A program made the translations under genes and the position numbers. A stretch of 62,739 nt of DNA, filler included, from Asterionella formosa (taxonomy: Eukaryota), in the NCBI GenBank assembly GCA_002256025.1. It is 5 parts of 5 records of this genome, joined end to end, with 100 filler letters (N's around TTAATTAATTAA, not from the genome) between each part and the next. Parts side by side here need not be neighbours in the genome. Positions count along the whole stretch, not along the records: positions 50,284 to 62,739 come from NKIB01007517.1; 4 more parts are not named here. One strand, 5' to 3'. Each line of letters starts with the position of its first letter. Position 1 is the first letter of the stretch. The notes beneath the pieces are model-generated. The model had not been told where the DNA came from. It made no database searches and saw only the letters and a program-made list of their open reading frames with translations. Shown in pieces: positions 50,184-62,420 of the stretch.

Positions 50184-50803
50184 NNNNNNNNNNNNNNNNN
50201 NNNNNNNNNNNNNNNNNNNNNNNNNNNTTAATTAATTAANNNNNNNNNNNNNNNNNNNNNNNNNNNNNNNNNNNNNNNNNNNNACCAACCAGAAACGCTT
50301 TTTTCATGAGGAGAGGCAGTGACCTAATAAAGTTTGGTTGTAGACGAACAGAGGGAGTTACCAGATACCGGTAAGTAAATAATGTGATGTATATGAAATA
50401 TGCTCAGATATGGATATAAGATGAATCTCACAAAGTTTTCATGAGATGCACCTTTCGTCGCAACGACAGTAAAAATTAATAGTATAATAATATACAAAGA
50501 AATATCTTTTGTGCTTTGTAATTGCCGCTCACATTTCGTGAAGGAGATTCACAAACGATTTTGAATGCTAGAATCTGTTCTATGAATTTGATTCTACGCC
50601 GCAAGTAATACGAGAGGAAGTCTTGTAAGCAAGTCGATTGAAATTGAATTGGCTGAGACTGAATACGTGGCAAAATGCTGTGAAAGTATTGCGAAGGTTT
50701 TTTGAGTGCATCGCTCATTTAGCCATTAAATTCTACAAACGAAGCACTCGGCCGATAGCGCTACTTCCTTTCACTACATCCATCGCAAAAGCAAATCTAT
50801 GAG

Positions 50804-52327
50804 ATGCGGTCATCACACATCTGGATACTAAAGGGTTTGTTGCTTGTTGTTGTACTGGCTTTGTGTCGGAGCGACGATACCGGTAGCTGGCGGGAGATTG
50901 TGCAATGCAAACAAATACATCTGGCACTCGGACCGGATGCATCCTCAAGCATGACAATATCATTCACGTCCAGTTCTGCCTGCTATGAAAATGATATTGC
51001 CGATTGCAGTGATTGCTCTCATGCTGCGACAGTTTTAATTGGGAGAAGTCCAGACAAACTCAATCGTGCTGTCATCGAAACCACTCCACCAAAGCAATAC
51101 TCCGCCCAGTACCAGGATGAATCTTGGTACCACTCTCCCTGTATTCACCACATCACAGTAAATGGGCTGATACCTTCGACAAAATACTTCTACCGATGTA
51201 TTGCGGAAAATTCAGGAGAGGATATGAAAGATAAGAAACCCGTTCGATTCCTTCGGCAACAAACAAGTCAGCAACAATACATTGATGACCAGTCGGGTTT
51301 CTTTGTTACATCTCCCAGTCCTGGTGACTTTAGGGAGAACAAGAGGCCAGTAACTCTCGCATTCCTAGCTGATATTGGAAGGACTTCGGCCGCAGATTCA
51401 AACTTTGAGCACCTTGACGCTCACATGTCCGACATTGATGTTGTCATGTTTGCTGGTGACCTCGCGTACTCTCACTTGAAGCACGGCAAATGGGATTACT
51501 TCTTTCATGTGCTTGAGACATATGGCATGACTAGGCATCGGCCAATCATGGTAGCAGCCGGGAATCACGACGTGGATCGCCACCCTGGAAGTGGTGCGAT
51601 CTTTGTTGCCTACGAGAATAGATTTCAAATGCCCCAGATTCGACAAGCCATTTCATCACTGGATACCAAAATGGTTGAGGAATTTTATGATTTTGATATT
51701 CCTTATCCACTGGATTATGACTATGGAAATGGATACTACGCATTCACGGTTGGACCATCGCGGAATATTGTTATCTGCTCCTATAGTAGCGTTGATCCTG
51801 GCTCCCGACAACGAAGTTGGTTGGAGAAGGAGCTTGAGTCAGTGAATCGCACCCTGACGCCCTGGGTCACAGTCACAATGCATAATCCAATGTACAATTC
51901 GTTTAGTAGTCACCACTCCGATCCACAGAACATTCCAACCAAAAAGTACCTTGAACCTTTGTTCTTGAAGTACCGGGTCAATCTTGTCTTTTCTGGTCAT
52001 GTTCATGGGTATCAACGAACTCATCCAACTGCAAATGGCAAGGTGGATCCCAGGGGCCCAGTTTACATTATTGGAGGTAATGGTGGATGTGACTTGACAC
52101 CGACCTTTTCCTCCAAAAAACCAGAGGGATGGGTGGCATCGCGTGATGGAACTCACTATGGATATGCCACACTATCATTTGTTAATACCAGTCACGCGTA
52201 CTGGAAGCGGGTCAGTGTTTTGCGTGACGACGAGTTGAACAACACTGTGGACGATGGCATGATTGTCCTCCCATCCAAATCGAGAGATTCTGTTTATATT
52301 GAAAATCAATATTACATGGTGGTGTGA
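50804..52327 (+). CDS. Purple acid phosphatase family metallophosphoesterase, secreted
   Basis: All five PAP metal motifs (ADIG, GDLAY, GNHD, VTMH, GHVH); N-terminal FN3-like PAP domain; signal peptide. Confidence 0.93.
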   Translation: MRSSHIWILKGLLLVVVLALCRSDDTGSWREIVQCKQIHLALGPDASSSMTISFTSSSACYENDIADCSDCSHAATVLIGRSPDKLNRAVIETTPPKQYSAQYQDESWYHSPCIHHITVNGLIPSTKYFYRCIAENSGEDMKDKKPVRFLRQQTSQQQYIDDQSGFFVTSPSPGDFRENKRPVTLAFLADIGRTSAADSNFEHLDAHMSDIDVVMFAGDLAYSHLKHGKWDYFFHVLETYGMTRHRPIMVAAGNHDVDRHPGSGAIFVAYENRFQMPQIRQAISSLDTKMVEEFYDFDIPYPLDYDYGNGYYAFTVGPSRNIVICSYSSVDPGSRQRSWLEKELESVNRTLTPWVTVTMHNPMYNSFSSHHSDPQNIPTKKYLEPLFLKYRVNLVFSGHVHGYQRTHPTANGKVDPRGPVYIIGGNGGCDLTPTFSSKKPEGWVASRDGTHYGYATLSFVNTSHAYWKRVSVLRDDELNNTVDDGMIVLPSKSRDSVYIENQYYMVV

Positions 52328-52837
52328 AAAAAGGAGCAATAAAAATAGTGTATGAATATATGTATTTATGTATAGTAAGTGACTGTTTTGCATGGTCTGA
52401 TCTCTGATCCTCATGATTGTGCGCGCTGCCTTTTCCTCCCCCCTCATAACATTGCATGCGCACAGCGGTCCTAGTTAGACTACCGTACTCGTAGCTTGGT
52501 ACCTGGTACCAGTATATAAAAAGGTGCGAGGAACAAATTTTCAAAATTCAAATTTCTTATTGCTTACCGTACTCCCAGCACCCATCAGCAAGCATACCGG
52601 TAGATAATATGGGCTGTACCGATACCGGTACTCCGCAATGCCATTCTTACAGTCCATCCTAACTTCTATCGGCCAGTGTCTACTACGCACATCATCATGC
52701 TCCTCCATCCTTCATGTCTAGTCATGTATGTATAGAGCTAATAAAGAGGATTAAAGGTCAGCAAAAGACACAAAATAGTGATTGACAATCCTTCGTCTTG
52801 TGGAGGAAACAATCATCATCATCATCATTCCACTCAA

Positions 52838-54155
52838 ATGAAACGTTGCTTCGTCGTTGGAATCGCGTTATGCGTCACCCAAGCCATGATGGGGTACTAT
52901 TTACTCCAACATGTGAACAGTAGTCAGAATACCAAGCCATTCGAACCGTTTAGTACGAATAGATCATCACATGTAGCAACTGCACAAGTGCTACTGTTAC
53001 GTGGACTACAGACAAAGAAAAATGCAACTTCTGTTCGGGTCGGCAAGGAACGAATATTTAAACTCCTTGCAGGTGCTGGTATTAACAATATCGATGATGA
53101 CACTGCACGGCAACTCCCAACATGGCGTCAAGTGGTGGAATTGTATGGTTCCAAACCCATCATTCATGGGTTGCAGGATAGTACAACATGTCAGTCGTTT
53201 CAAACACATTCACCGAAACAAAATCACTTTGTTTCAACTGCTGGCATGTTTAATTCAGGAACGAATTTAATGGCACAATTACTCATGGCCAATTGTCAAA
53301 TGGTAGATCGGATGGCAGTCTATGGGAAACAAAATAGGGGCGTTCGTTGGCAAGTTCCTTGGGGAAAGCATAATCCACCAAATAGAAGTGCAAATGGGCA
53401 ACATCAGGTCAGANNNNNNNNNNNNNNNNNNNNNNNNNNNNNNNNNNNNNNNNNNNNNNNNNNNNNNNNNNNNNNNNNNNNNNNNNNNNNNNNNNNNNNN
53501 NNNNNNNNNNNNNNNNNNNNNNNNNNNNNNNNNNNNNNNNNNNNNNNNNNNNNNNNNNNNNNNNNNNNNNNNNNNNNNNNNNNNNNNNNNNNNNNNNNNN
53601 NNNNNNNNNNNNNNNNNNNNNNNNNNNNNNNNNNNNNNNNNNNNNNNNNNNNNNNNNNNNNNNNNNNNNNNNNNNNNNNNNNNNNNNNNNNNNNNNNNNN
53701 NNNNNNNNNNNNNNNNNNNNNNNNNNNNNNNNNNNNNNNNNNNNNNNNNNNNNNNNNNNNNNNNNNNNNNNNNNNNNNNNNNNNNNNNNNNNNNNNNNNN
53801 NNNNNNNNNNGAATGGTATAAAGAATATATGGATGTACCAAACAACATTTATCGAATTATAGTTCGTCATGAAGATTTGATATTTTACCCAAAGGAAGTG
53901 ACTCATGCTGTGTGTACATGTGCTGGTGGAAAAATCAAAGCACACCCATTCAAGTTTATTGTCGATACAGCAAAGCATGCGGAAACGGCACATGGGAGCA
54001 ATAGGACTGGATGGATGGATGCCATGATTCGATATGGAACTGCAAAAAAGAGGGCATTACCATTTACTACTGTTGATTTGGACTATGCAGCAACACATCT
54101 TGACCCAAACCTCATGCAGATATTTGGATATCATTATCCACCAAAGAGAAAATAA
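52838..54155 (+). CDS. Sulfotransferase-like type II membrane protein (spans N gap 53414-53810)
   Basis: TM helix, AGMFNSGTNL, RWQVPWGKH, VRHEDL; paralog of 58895-60139. Confidence 0.75.
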
Positions 54156-56118
54156 CATACAACAGATGTAACAGTATACCCATGCTGTGCATGTAAAATG
54201 ACTTTCCAAGTGAGTTCTCTACTGTATGTCTGGAATAAACAGAAGGAGCACAATTTCTGGATGTGATGCTATAGCATGGCTAATGCTTTCTGTATTCACA
54301 TCTAACATCATCAGGTGTACTAAATGATTTGACATTTATTAATATACTGCTAGTCCAATATGCGACATTTAAACTCAGGTAACAAATTATGGTCTATAGT
54401 TTCTATTATCGGTACATAATTGGTGTACGATGTGCCAACCAATCCGAACTTATGAGGCTGACGGCTCTTGAATACAGTTCTTAATCGATGGTCAAACTAC
54501 AAGCACTAACTATTTTAATTTCCCCGTTTCGCTTGAAAAAGTGCTTGCACCCTCCATATCGTCGTCTCTTCCACCTGCAGGACTCATGTTGCATGATTCT
54601 TGGGATGAGGTCACAGACCACATGCCTCTCTTATGTAATGAGCATTGAGAATCCATTCGATACTGTTGAAGACAAGGTGGAATGTTGACGACTTTTGCTG
54701 CTCCAGCAACAACGAGGAGTTGCTTGTAGAGCGAACCAAGAAGATAATTCTTACTCTGTCTTAATTGGCAAAGTCTTTTCCTTTCCCATGATGGTACCTG
54801 TGTAGTAGAGTATAATGCATCCCGTTGCACTGTACATAGAGATCAGGTGCAGCAACATAAAGATTTCAAATCTCGTCAATTCAAGAGCAGAATGCCATTT
54901 CATAATGGCAAACAAAAAAAGAATAAAGGAAAGGAAGAATAAGTAAATTGCCATGACCACTACAGACCCATGGATGATCTCATAATTGTATCGACATTCT
55001 CATCAGAAATGGAAGAGATGATGCTCCCAGCTCTAAAATTTGCGTAAAGAGCCGAGAGGGCAAAGACAATTTCCGTGCACAGACACATCCTTGCTACCCA
55101 GTATTGGACTGTCAAAAATTCTTCGTTCTCCAACAATGTGAGTCTTGCATCTGTTGAAGCTGGAGCATTGCTAAAATGCATGGCGATTTCGGTCGAATTA
55201 AACAGTTTCAAGAAGACAGTATTGGTGGCGAATCATTTGTGTAATCAACATCCTCGTTTGTTTTTACCAGATTTGGTCCATATCAAGTGTTTTCGCCAGA
55301 CTGTTGTTTGCTCGACAGCAAATATGTGCTCCAAGGGCTTTGGAAGCAGCCCCCACCAGAAAAAGGAATTCACTTTAGCAGGTGAGTTAACCTGCTCAGA
55401 CTACGTTGGCTCCTAATTGTCCACCGCCAATCCAAGCAAAATTGCCAACGATAACACTTCATCGAATCAAAATTGTAGATTTGGAAGAGAATTGGTCGGT
55501 CCCATGCTGTGTTGGCTGGCTGATATCCAACAATCAGACTAATTCCCATTTTTGATAGGAACAAACTCTCTTCCAAGTAGTGTAGTAGATATATCTTCTA
55601 TAAGAAAGATAAAGTTGCTGCTGTGGTTGACTAGCGCCGCATTAGCTTTCTCTTGCTGACTAGCAAAAACGACATCTTCATTTCTAGCTACAATCCTGGA
55701 TGAGCATGACCTAATTGTACTATTCCCAGGCGACCACCCCTCTTAAGATTTGATGTTTGTCCTCCTCTTTCTGAAAGAGTATGAAGTATATGATTTGACA
55801 AGAATGGATTGGAACAAATCTAAAATGATCCCATCGAAAATATGAGACATTTTCTTCAATTGATAAAAGGAATCTATCTGATGTATTAGATATGAAACAA
55901 GAAAGATTGGGACAAGCAGGCAAATACAGCCATAAAGTATTTTTACTTGCAAATGTACAATGATAGCTCACTATCTGTTACCTAAAATTCTAGTAAAAAC
56001 GGTTAGTTCCCAATTAAAAAATTACTGCCTATCAATTGTGGTAGCAGTAAAGCGTTGTCTGGCCCAAGCAGAACAAGCTTTCCCCAATTGTGGACGATCT
56101 CGTGCCCATCTTGGCTCC

Positions 56119-56848
56119 CTATGTTGGATCCTCCATCTCGTCCAATTCATTTTCTGGTTCCTCTTCATCTTCCCCCTCTTCGGTTTCTTCGGTCTCTTGT
56201 GTCCCATTTGGTTCTTCTTCTTCTTGTGGTGGTGGTTCTTCTTCTGTCACAGCATCTCCCCATGGAATTGGAAATTTCGTAACTCTTGGTTTGTCCGCCA
56301 ATATTTGTCTGTGTACTCTGTTTATATCCAATGGTACGGGAGGTGGACGATCCTCGTCATTATTACTAGTTGCACCAGTAGTACCATCATTGTCATCATG
56401 ACAATATTCATTATTGACATAATATCCAACACGTATAAATTCTCGATCTCGATAGGAACATGTCACCAACACCACCGTGACACCCAAGATTTCTTTGACC
56501 ATGGTATAATCAGGAGCATCACAGGAGAGTATAAATTTATTCGTCCCCACGGGGACAGGACCAACCAATATTTCATCCAATAATAAATCTTGCGAAGATT
56601 CTACATTTCCGACATAGAAAATTCTCCATTCTAAATCATCGTCCAATTCTTGTAAACATTCAAAAGTAATTTCAAAAGCAAATGGGGATGTAAACTGTGT
56701 AGGATTGTTCAATACCAACTTGGAGGGAATGAAAAGGGAAGTGTGTCAATCAAAAACAGTAACAAGACTTTTTTGTGTATACCCGAAAACCCGTCGACAC
56801 GACACTCGAAATATAACGTACCATATTGATTACGTTGACCAAGGCCAT
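56119..56848 (-). CDS. ASF1: Histone chaperone ASF1; exons 56848-56822 and 56718-56119
   Basis: [58 protein letters not shown] plus acidic tail; GT-AG intron. Confidence 0.96.
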
Positions 56849-57839
56849 GATGTTCTCCTTTTCTTTGTTTCTCTCTGACGGCGTAGTATTATATCTTTGT
56901 ATTCGTTATATTTCAATGCAACCAGNNNNNNNNNNNNNNNNNNNNNNNNNNNNNNNNNNNNNNNNNNNNNNNNNNNNNNNNNNNNNNNNNNNNNNNNNNN
57001 NNNNNNNNNNNNNNNNNNNNNNNNNNNNNNNNNNNNNNNNNNNNNNNNNNNNNNNNNNNNNNNNNNNNNNNNNNNNNNNNNNNNNNNNNNNNNNNNNNNN
57101 NNNNNNNNNNNNNNNNNNNNNNNNNNNNNNNNNNNNNNNNNNNNNNNNNNNNNNNNNNNNNNNNNNNNNNNNNNNNNNNNNNNNNNNNNNNNNNNNNNNN
57201 NNNNNNNNNNNNNNNNNNNNNNNNNNNNNNNNNNNNNNNNNNNNNNNNNNNNNNNNNNNNNNNNNNNNNNNNNNNNNNNNNNNNNNNNNNNNNNNNNNNN
57301 NNNNNNNNNNNNNNNNNNNNNNNNNNNNNNNNNNNNNNNNNNNNNNNNNNNNNNNNNNNNNNNNNNNNNNNNNNNNNNNNNNNNNNNNNNNNNNNNNNNN
57401 NNNNNNNNNNNNNNNNNNNNNNNNNNNNNNNNNNNNNNNNNNNNNNNNNNNNNNNNNNNNNNNNNNNNNNNNNNNNNNNNNNNNNNNNNNNNNNNNNNNN
57501 NNNNNNNNNNNNNNNNNNNNNNNNNNNNNNNNNNNNNNNNNNNNNNNNNNNNNNNNNNNNNNNNNNNNNNNNNNNNNNNNNNNNNNNNNNNNNNNNNNNN
57601 NNNNNNNNNNNNNNNNNNNNNNNNNNNNNNNNNNNNNNNNNNNNNNNNNNNNNNNNNNNNNNNNNNNNNNNNNNNNNNNNNNNNNNNNNNNNNNNNNNNN
57701 NNNNNNNNNNNNNNNNNNNNNNNNNNNNNNNNNNNNNNNNNNNNNNNNNNNNNNNNNNNNNNNNNNNNNNNNNNNNNNNNNNNNNNNNNNNNNNNNNNTC
57801 AATCAATCAATCAATCATTCCAACAAACAAACCATTACA

Positions 57840-58566
57840 ATGACTGACATTGACGACGTTCCCCAGGTATGTATGAGCGTGTGCATGGACTAAGCACAAC
57901 GTAAACAGTGAAGCAGCGAAGCAACGAAACGAACTGACAGCCATGACAATCAAGACGCGGAATGTACGGTTGTGTCTTGATTAGGTCATGAGCACTTACT
58001 TTTTCCTCGTCGTCTCTCAGATTGAAGAAGTCGACGATGACGATGATGACGACGACGACGACATTCCCGACTTGGAACCTCAGGCCGAGGGTGGTGCCGT
58101 GGACACCAAACAGAACCGCTCTGAGAAGAAGTCTCGCAAGGCCATGCAAAAGTTGGGAATGCGTCCTGTCCCTGGAATTTTGCGTGTCACTGTGAAAAAG
58201 TCCAAGAATGTGCTGTTTGTCATTAACAAACCTGATGTATTTAAAAGTCCAACATCGGATACGTACGTTGTCTTTGGTGAAGCTAAATCGGAAGATCCGT
58301 CGGGTGCACAGCAAGCAGCTGCTGCCAAGCAATTTCAACAACAGGCGGCGGATTCGACAGCGGCGTCGTTGGTTCCTGCGGAGCCTGCTGCAGCTCCCGC
58401 TGCTGCTGTGGCAGCAGACGAGGAAGAATTGGATGAAACAGGTGTGGATCCCAAGGATGTGGAATTGGTCATTTCTCAAGCTGGATGTTCGAGAGCCAAG
58501 GCGGTCAAGGCTTTGAAAGAAAATGATGGTGATTTGGTCAATAGTATCATGAGCCTTACTACCTAA
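57840..58566 (+). CDS. NACA: Nascent polypeptide-associated complex alpha; exons 57840-57866 and 58021-58566
   Basis: [50 protein letters not shown]-terminal UBA-like domain; GTATGT...CAG intron. Confidence 0.96.
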
Positions 58567-58894
58567 AGATTGTTTAAGTTTGTCGTTGTGGAGAGAGGGT
58601 GTCTGCTTGTGTCATTAGAATTTCTTGCCGTAACCATTACACAATATGTAGGAGCAATGGTGGTCCTTTGTCTTCTGATGCAAGGATGGAAACCTTGTAC
58701 TCGATTTTAGTTGCATGGACGGGAGTAGTACAGAGCAAATTTTTTCAACAATACCGGAATTTAAATTACAGTACCCAAAAACCATTCCAAATGCCAACAG
58801 AAATTTTGTTATCATGGTTGTCTCCAAACATGATTTTCAACCAACGAATGTAGGGGTCCGATCCCTGCGTCCTCCTCGGAGACGCCAGCAAGAC

Positions 58895-60139
58895 ATGAGA
58901 ACAACAACAACAACAATGAATGATACAAATAATAACGATCAAGGTTCCATTATATGGACTATTCTACTTATTGGAGTCATTTTTTGTCTTGCCGATGTGG
59001 CTTACATTTTAAGTTATATTGATTCATCATCATCATCGTCGTCGTTGGCGTTGGCGTCATTGTTGTCACAAGAACAACAAGTAAAAGAACAAGAACAACA
59101 ACAATACAATACGAAAAAGACAAAGAAGAACCAACATTTACATGTAGATACGACACTACTCAAAAAAGGCAAAGAACGCATTCTAGCAATCATCCAAGAT
59201 GCGGGCATATCCTTCATTGATAGCGAAACGTTACAAGAACTCCCCACATGGCAAGAAATTGTTGATTTGTATGGACCTGAACCACTCATTTATGGACTAG
59301 ACCAATGTAAAGACTTTCAAACACACTCGCCCTCGTACGATCACTTTTGCTCCACAGCTGGGACATTTAATTCAGGTACGAACCTCATGGCAGAATTACT
59401 TATTGCCAATTGTCAGATGAAGGATCGAATGATCAAATATGGGTACAAGAATAAGGGCATTCGGTGGCAAGTCCCATGGGGCAAACACACTCCGCCGGGA
59501 GATGAACACTTTAGAAACACACACAAGACAGTCAAGGACAGGAATGTTTCTGTAGCTGATATATTACCAGCAGTGACCATTCGAGATCCATATTCATGGA
59601 TGGAAAGTATGTGTCGAATCAATTATGGAGCACACTGGTATATGGACCGAGAGCGACATTGTCCGAATTTATTACCAGATGAACAAGATTTGATGAAATT
59701 TCATGGAAAATTAAAAGAAAACAAGCCAGTGGATGTGCATGTCAAGTATTCTGATTTTTGGAGACATCACAAGTCATTGGCGCACTTTTGGAATGACTAT
59801 TATCGGGAATATATGAATGTCAGCTTTAGTCGATTGATTGTACGATACGAGGATTTGCTCTTTCACACCAAGGAAGTTACTCAACAAGTATGTACTTGTG
59901 CAGGAGGGGAAATGAGTCCATTTTCATTCAAATATATTGTAGGCACTGCCAAGCGAGGAGTGACAGCACATGGGAGTGATCGGACGGGCTTTGTAGAAGC
60001 ATTGATCAAATATGGAAAGGCAGATAAGAGGGCTGCAAAGTTTACAGATAGAGATTTGGAGTTTGCTAGAGAGAACCTGGACCCAGAGATGATGCAACTT
60101 TTCGGATATAAACACCCACCCAAGAGGGATGATTACTAA
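58895..60139 (+). CDS. Sulfotransferase-like type II membrane protein (start codon uncertain)
   Basis: TM helix; AGTFNSGTNL (5'-PSB-like); VTIRDPYSWMES (3'-PB-like); VRYEDLL. Confidence 0.8.
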   Translation: MRTTTTTMNDTNNNDQGSIIWTILLIGVIFCLADVAYILSYIDSSSSSSSLALASLLSQEQQVKEQEQQQYNTKKTKKNQHLHVDTTLLKKGKERILAIIQDAGISFIDSETLQELPTWQEIVDLYGPEPLIYGLDQCKDFQTHSPSYDHFCSTAGTFNSGTNLMAELLIANCQMKDRMIKYGYKNKGIRWQVPWGKHTPPGDEHFRNTHKTVKDRNVSVADILPAVTIRDPYSWMESMCRINYGAHWYMDRERHCPNLLPDEQDLMKFHGKLKENKPVDVHVKYSDFWRHHKSLAHFWNDYYREYMNVSFSRLIVRYEDLLFHTKEVTQQVCTCAGGEMSPFSFKYIVGTAKRGVTAHGSDRTGFVEALIKYGKADKRAAKFTDRDLEFARENLDPEMMQLFGYKHPPKRDDY

Positions 60140-60611
60140 TTCTCCGTTTGTTGCGGTTGTTTATTTTCATTATACTATGAATATACGTACAAACAAATCA
60201 GGCAATTCACTCTCAGCTTGGTCGATGAAGTACGTCAAGTACATGTGATTAGCCAACTCAAAAAGAGCAGTTGATTGGGCTACTCCGTTGGCGATGAGTA
60301 TTCTACATTTTTCTACAAGGGGAGGTGCGGGAAACCTTACACATTATATTTCTAGCTCATCTGCAATACTGCGCAAATATTCGCAATTTTTCCGGACCTC
60401 TACCGACGCTTTTTAAAGCTCTTAATACGCTAGAGAGAGACGGAACGGATTTAGCAAAAGGTGAAAATTTTCATATGCATGAGGGAGTAGACCAATCGGC
60501 GTTGCTTTCCACGTTTATAAACCGTGGCCTAGTTTCTGGCATGTGGTATCCCTGCTGTCCCATGAATACTGATTGTGTTCACAATTTGAAAATCGACGAC
60601 AAAACAATACA

Positions 60612-62420
60612 ATGCAGCTTGTCCGATTATCCCTTTTCCTCGTCTTGATTCATATTTGGGTCTCTGTTGGAGACCAATTTCCATCCTTTACCACGATGTA
60701 CGATCATCCAGAAATTGAAAATGTGAAAATGTCATATTCGTACATGCCATCCCCGGCAACCTCTCCAAGCGAAACGCTGACAGTGCTCCCAACGAGATCG
60801 AGCGAATCCCCTTACCCCACGTTTCCCGTTGCCACTCCAAGCAAAACGTCAAAGACATTGATGCCGACTAGCAGCCCATTCCCTTCATTTTCCGTGTCTC
60901 CCAGCCCGAGTACTAGAACGCCCCAAATGCCTACAAGCAGCCCAACTAACTCTCCCACCGATTTAGTTTTGTCCATAGAATTGTCTCCAAGCCAATCACC
61001 TACCACATGTGTTCCTCCAGATGTGACTTCAAGTCCATTCACAGACAATTCATTTACCTTTGAGATGGAAACAGTCACAGTTGTGAGCAGCGAATTTTTT
61101 GATGGAATGAGAAACGCCTTGATAAATGCCGTGGTGCAGGAATACCCCTTCTTGTGTATCAATTTGGATCCACGACGACGACGAAGAGTTCAGGAAAAGG
61201 CACATGACGGAATTGTCGGTGTCACAGTTAGATCCATTGTCATTGCCAAAACTTGTGTTTCCCAAGTAGTTGGAGCCACATGTCACGTTGTCACTGTTAC
61301 CCTCCGAGTGTATGGTGTAACCCAGGATGACAGTCGTGAAGGGAGTGTTGCTCTTATAGACCTGTTACTGAGTCGAATTAAAAATGATGAGTTGTTTCTC
61401 CATTTCGATGGGGAAGTTATTGATTATCGAGAATTCGACAATCACGAAATGTCTTATTCGTACCACAAACCATCCCCAGTACCAGTATCTGTTCCCAGCC
61501 AAACGCTTACATTGGTACCAACACGGTTGAGCTCATCTCCTTTCGCCGTGTTTCCATCTGCCACTCCAAGCAAAACGTCAAGGACATTATTGCCTTCTAC
61601 TAGCAGTCCATTGCTTCCTTTGACCAAGTCTCCTGTCCCGGGTACACATACACCCCAAATGCATGTCCCTACAACAATGACAACGACGCCAACTAGCTCT
61701 CCTATAACTTTTCCTTCGCCGTTTTTGGCCCCAACCCAATCACCTACCAGATGCGTTCCTCCAGATGTGACCACAAGTCCATTCACAGATAAATCCTTTT
61801 CCTTTGAGGTGGAAACAATAACATTGAGTGGTGACTTTTTCGAAGGAATCAGAAACGCCTTGTTGACTGCCGTGGTCGATGAATACCCTTTCTTGTGCTC
61901 ACCATTGGGTTCACAGCGACGACGAGTGGAGGCCTTACCACTAGGCGGACTTGTTGGTGTCGCTGTCATCTTCATTGTAGCTGCCGAAACTTGTGCTTCT
62001 CAAGTAGACGGAGGCACCTGTCACAATGTCACCGTTACCCTCCGAGTATATGGTAAAACCTTGGCCAACAGCCGTACATGGAGTGTTGCTATTGCAGAAC
62101 TACTGCAGTCTCGAATTGAGAAGGATGAGTTATTTCTCTATTTCAATGGTGACATTATTGCTGTTCGAAAGAACCAAGTAGACGAGGCTATTCTGAAACC
62201 TGAACCTATCGGTGCTTCAAAATCTGGCATGAGCAAAGGTGCCAGAACAATCACTTTTTCAGTACTTTCTGGTGTTGTTGCCTCCATTGCACTGTTGGCT
62301 TTCCATTTTAGATTGTCCAAGAGACGAGGAATCTCTAGAGCGAATCGTGCTTTCTACTCCCCGGCAAGCTGTGACGAATCGATAATCACTGGTTTGTACA
62401 CTTCCGATCCAACCATTTAG
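60612..62420 (+). CDS. Type I membrane mucin-like protein with two internal repeats
   Basis: Signal peptide MQLVRLSLFLVLIHIWVSVG; two copies of [MSYSY, P/S/T stalk, CVPPDVT..RRR.. 4-Cys domain]; C-terminal TM and short tail. Confidence 0.85.
   Translation: MQLVRLSLFLVLIHIWVSVGDQFPSFTTMYDHPEIENVKMSYSYMPSPATSPSETLTVLPTRSSESPYPTFPVATPSKTSKTLMPTSSPFPSFSVSPSPSTRTPQMPTSSPTNSPTDLVLSIELSPSQSPTTCVPPDVTSSPFTDNSFTFEMETVTVVSSEFFDGMRNALINAVVQEYPFLCINLDPRRRRRVQEKAHDGIVGVTVRSIVIAKTCVSQVVGATCHVVTVTLRVYGVTQDDSREGSVALIDLLLSRIKNDELFLHFDGEVIDYREFDNHEMSYSYHKPSPVPVSVPSQTLTLVPTRLSSSPFAVFPSATPSKTSRTLLPSTSSPLLPLTKSPVPGTHTPQMHVPTTMTTTPTSSPITFPSPFLAPTQSPTRCVPPDVTTSPFTDKSFSFEVETITLSGDFFEGIRNALLTAVVDEYPFLCSPLGSQRRRVEALPLGGLVGVAVIFIVAAETCASQVDGGTCHNVTVTLRVYGKTLANSRTWSVAIAELLQSRIEKDELFLYFNGDIIAVRKNQVDEAILKPEPIGASKSGMSKGARTITFSVLSGVVASIALLAFHFRLSKRRGISRANRAFYSPASCDESIITGLYTSDPTI

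Noticed and set aside
56826..57893. Long ORFs in the ORF track
   Set aside because: Read-through of N gaps
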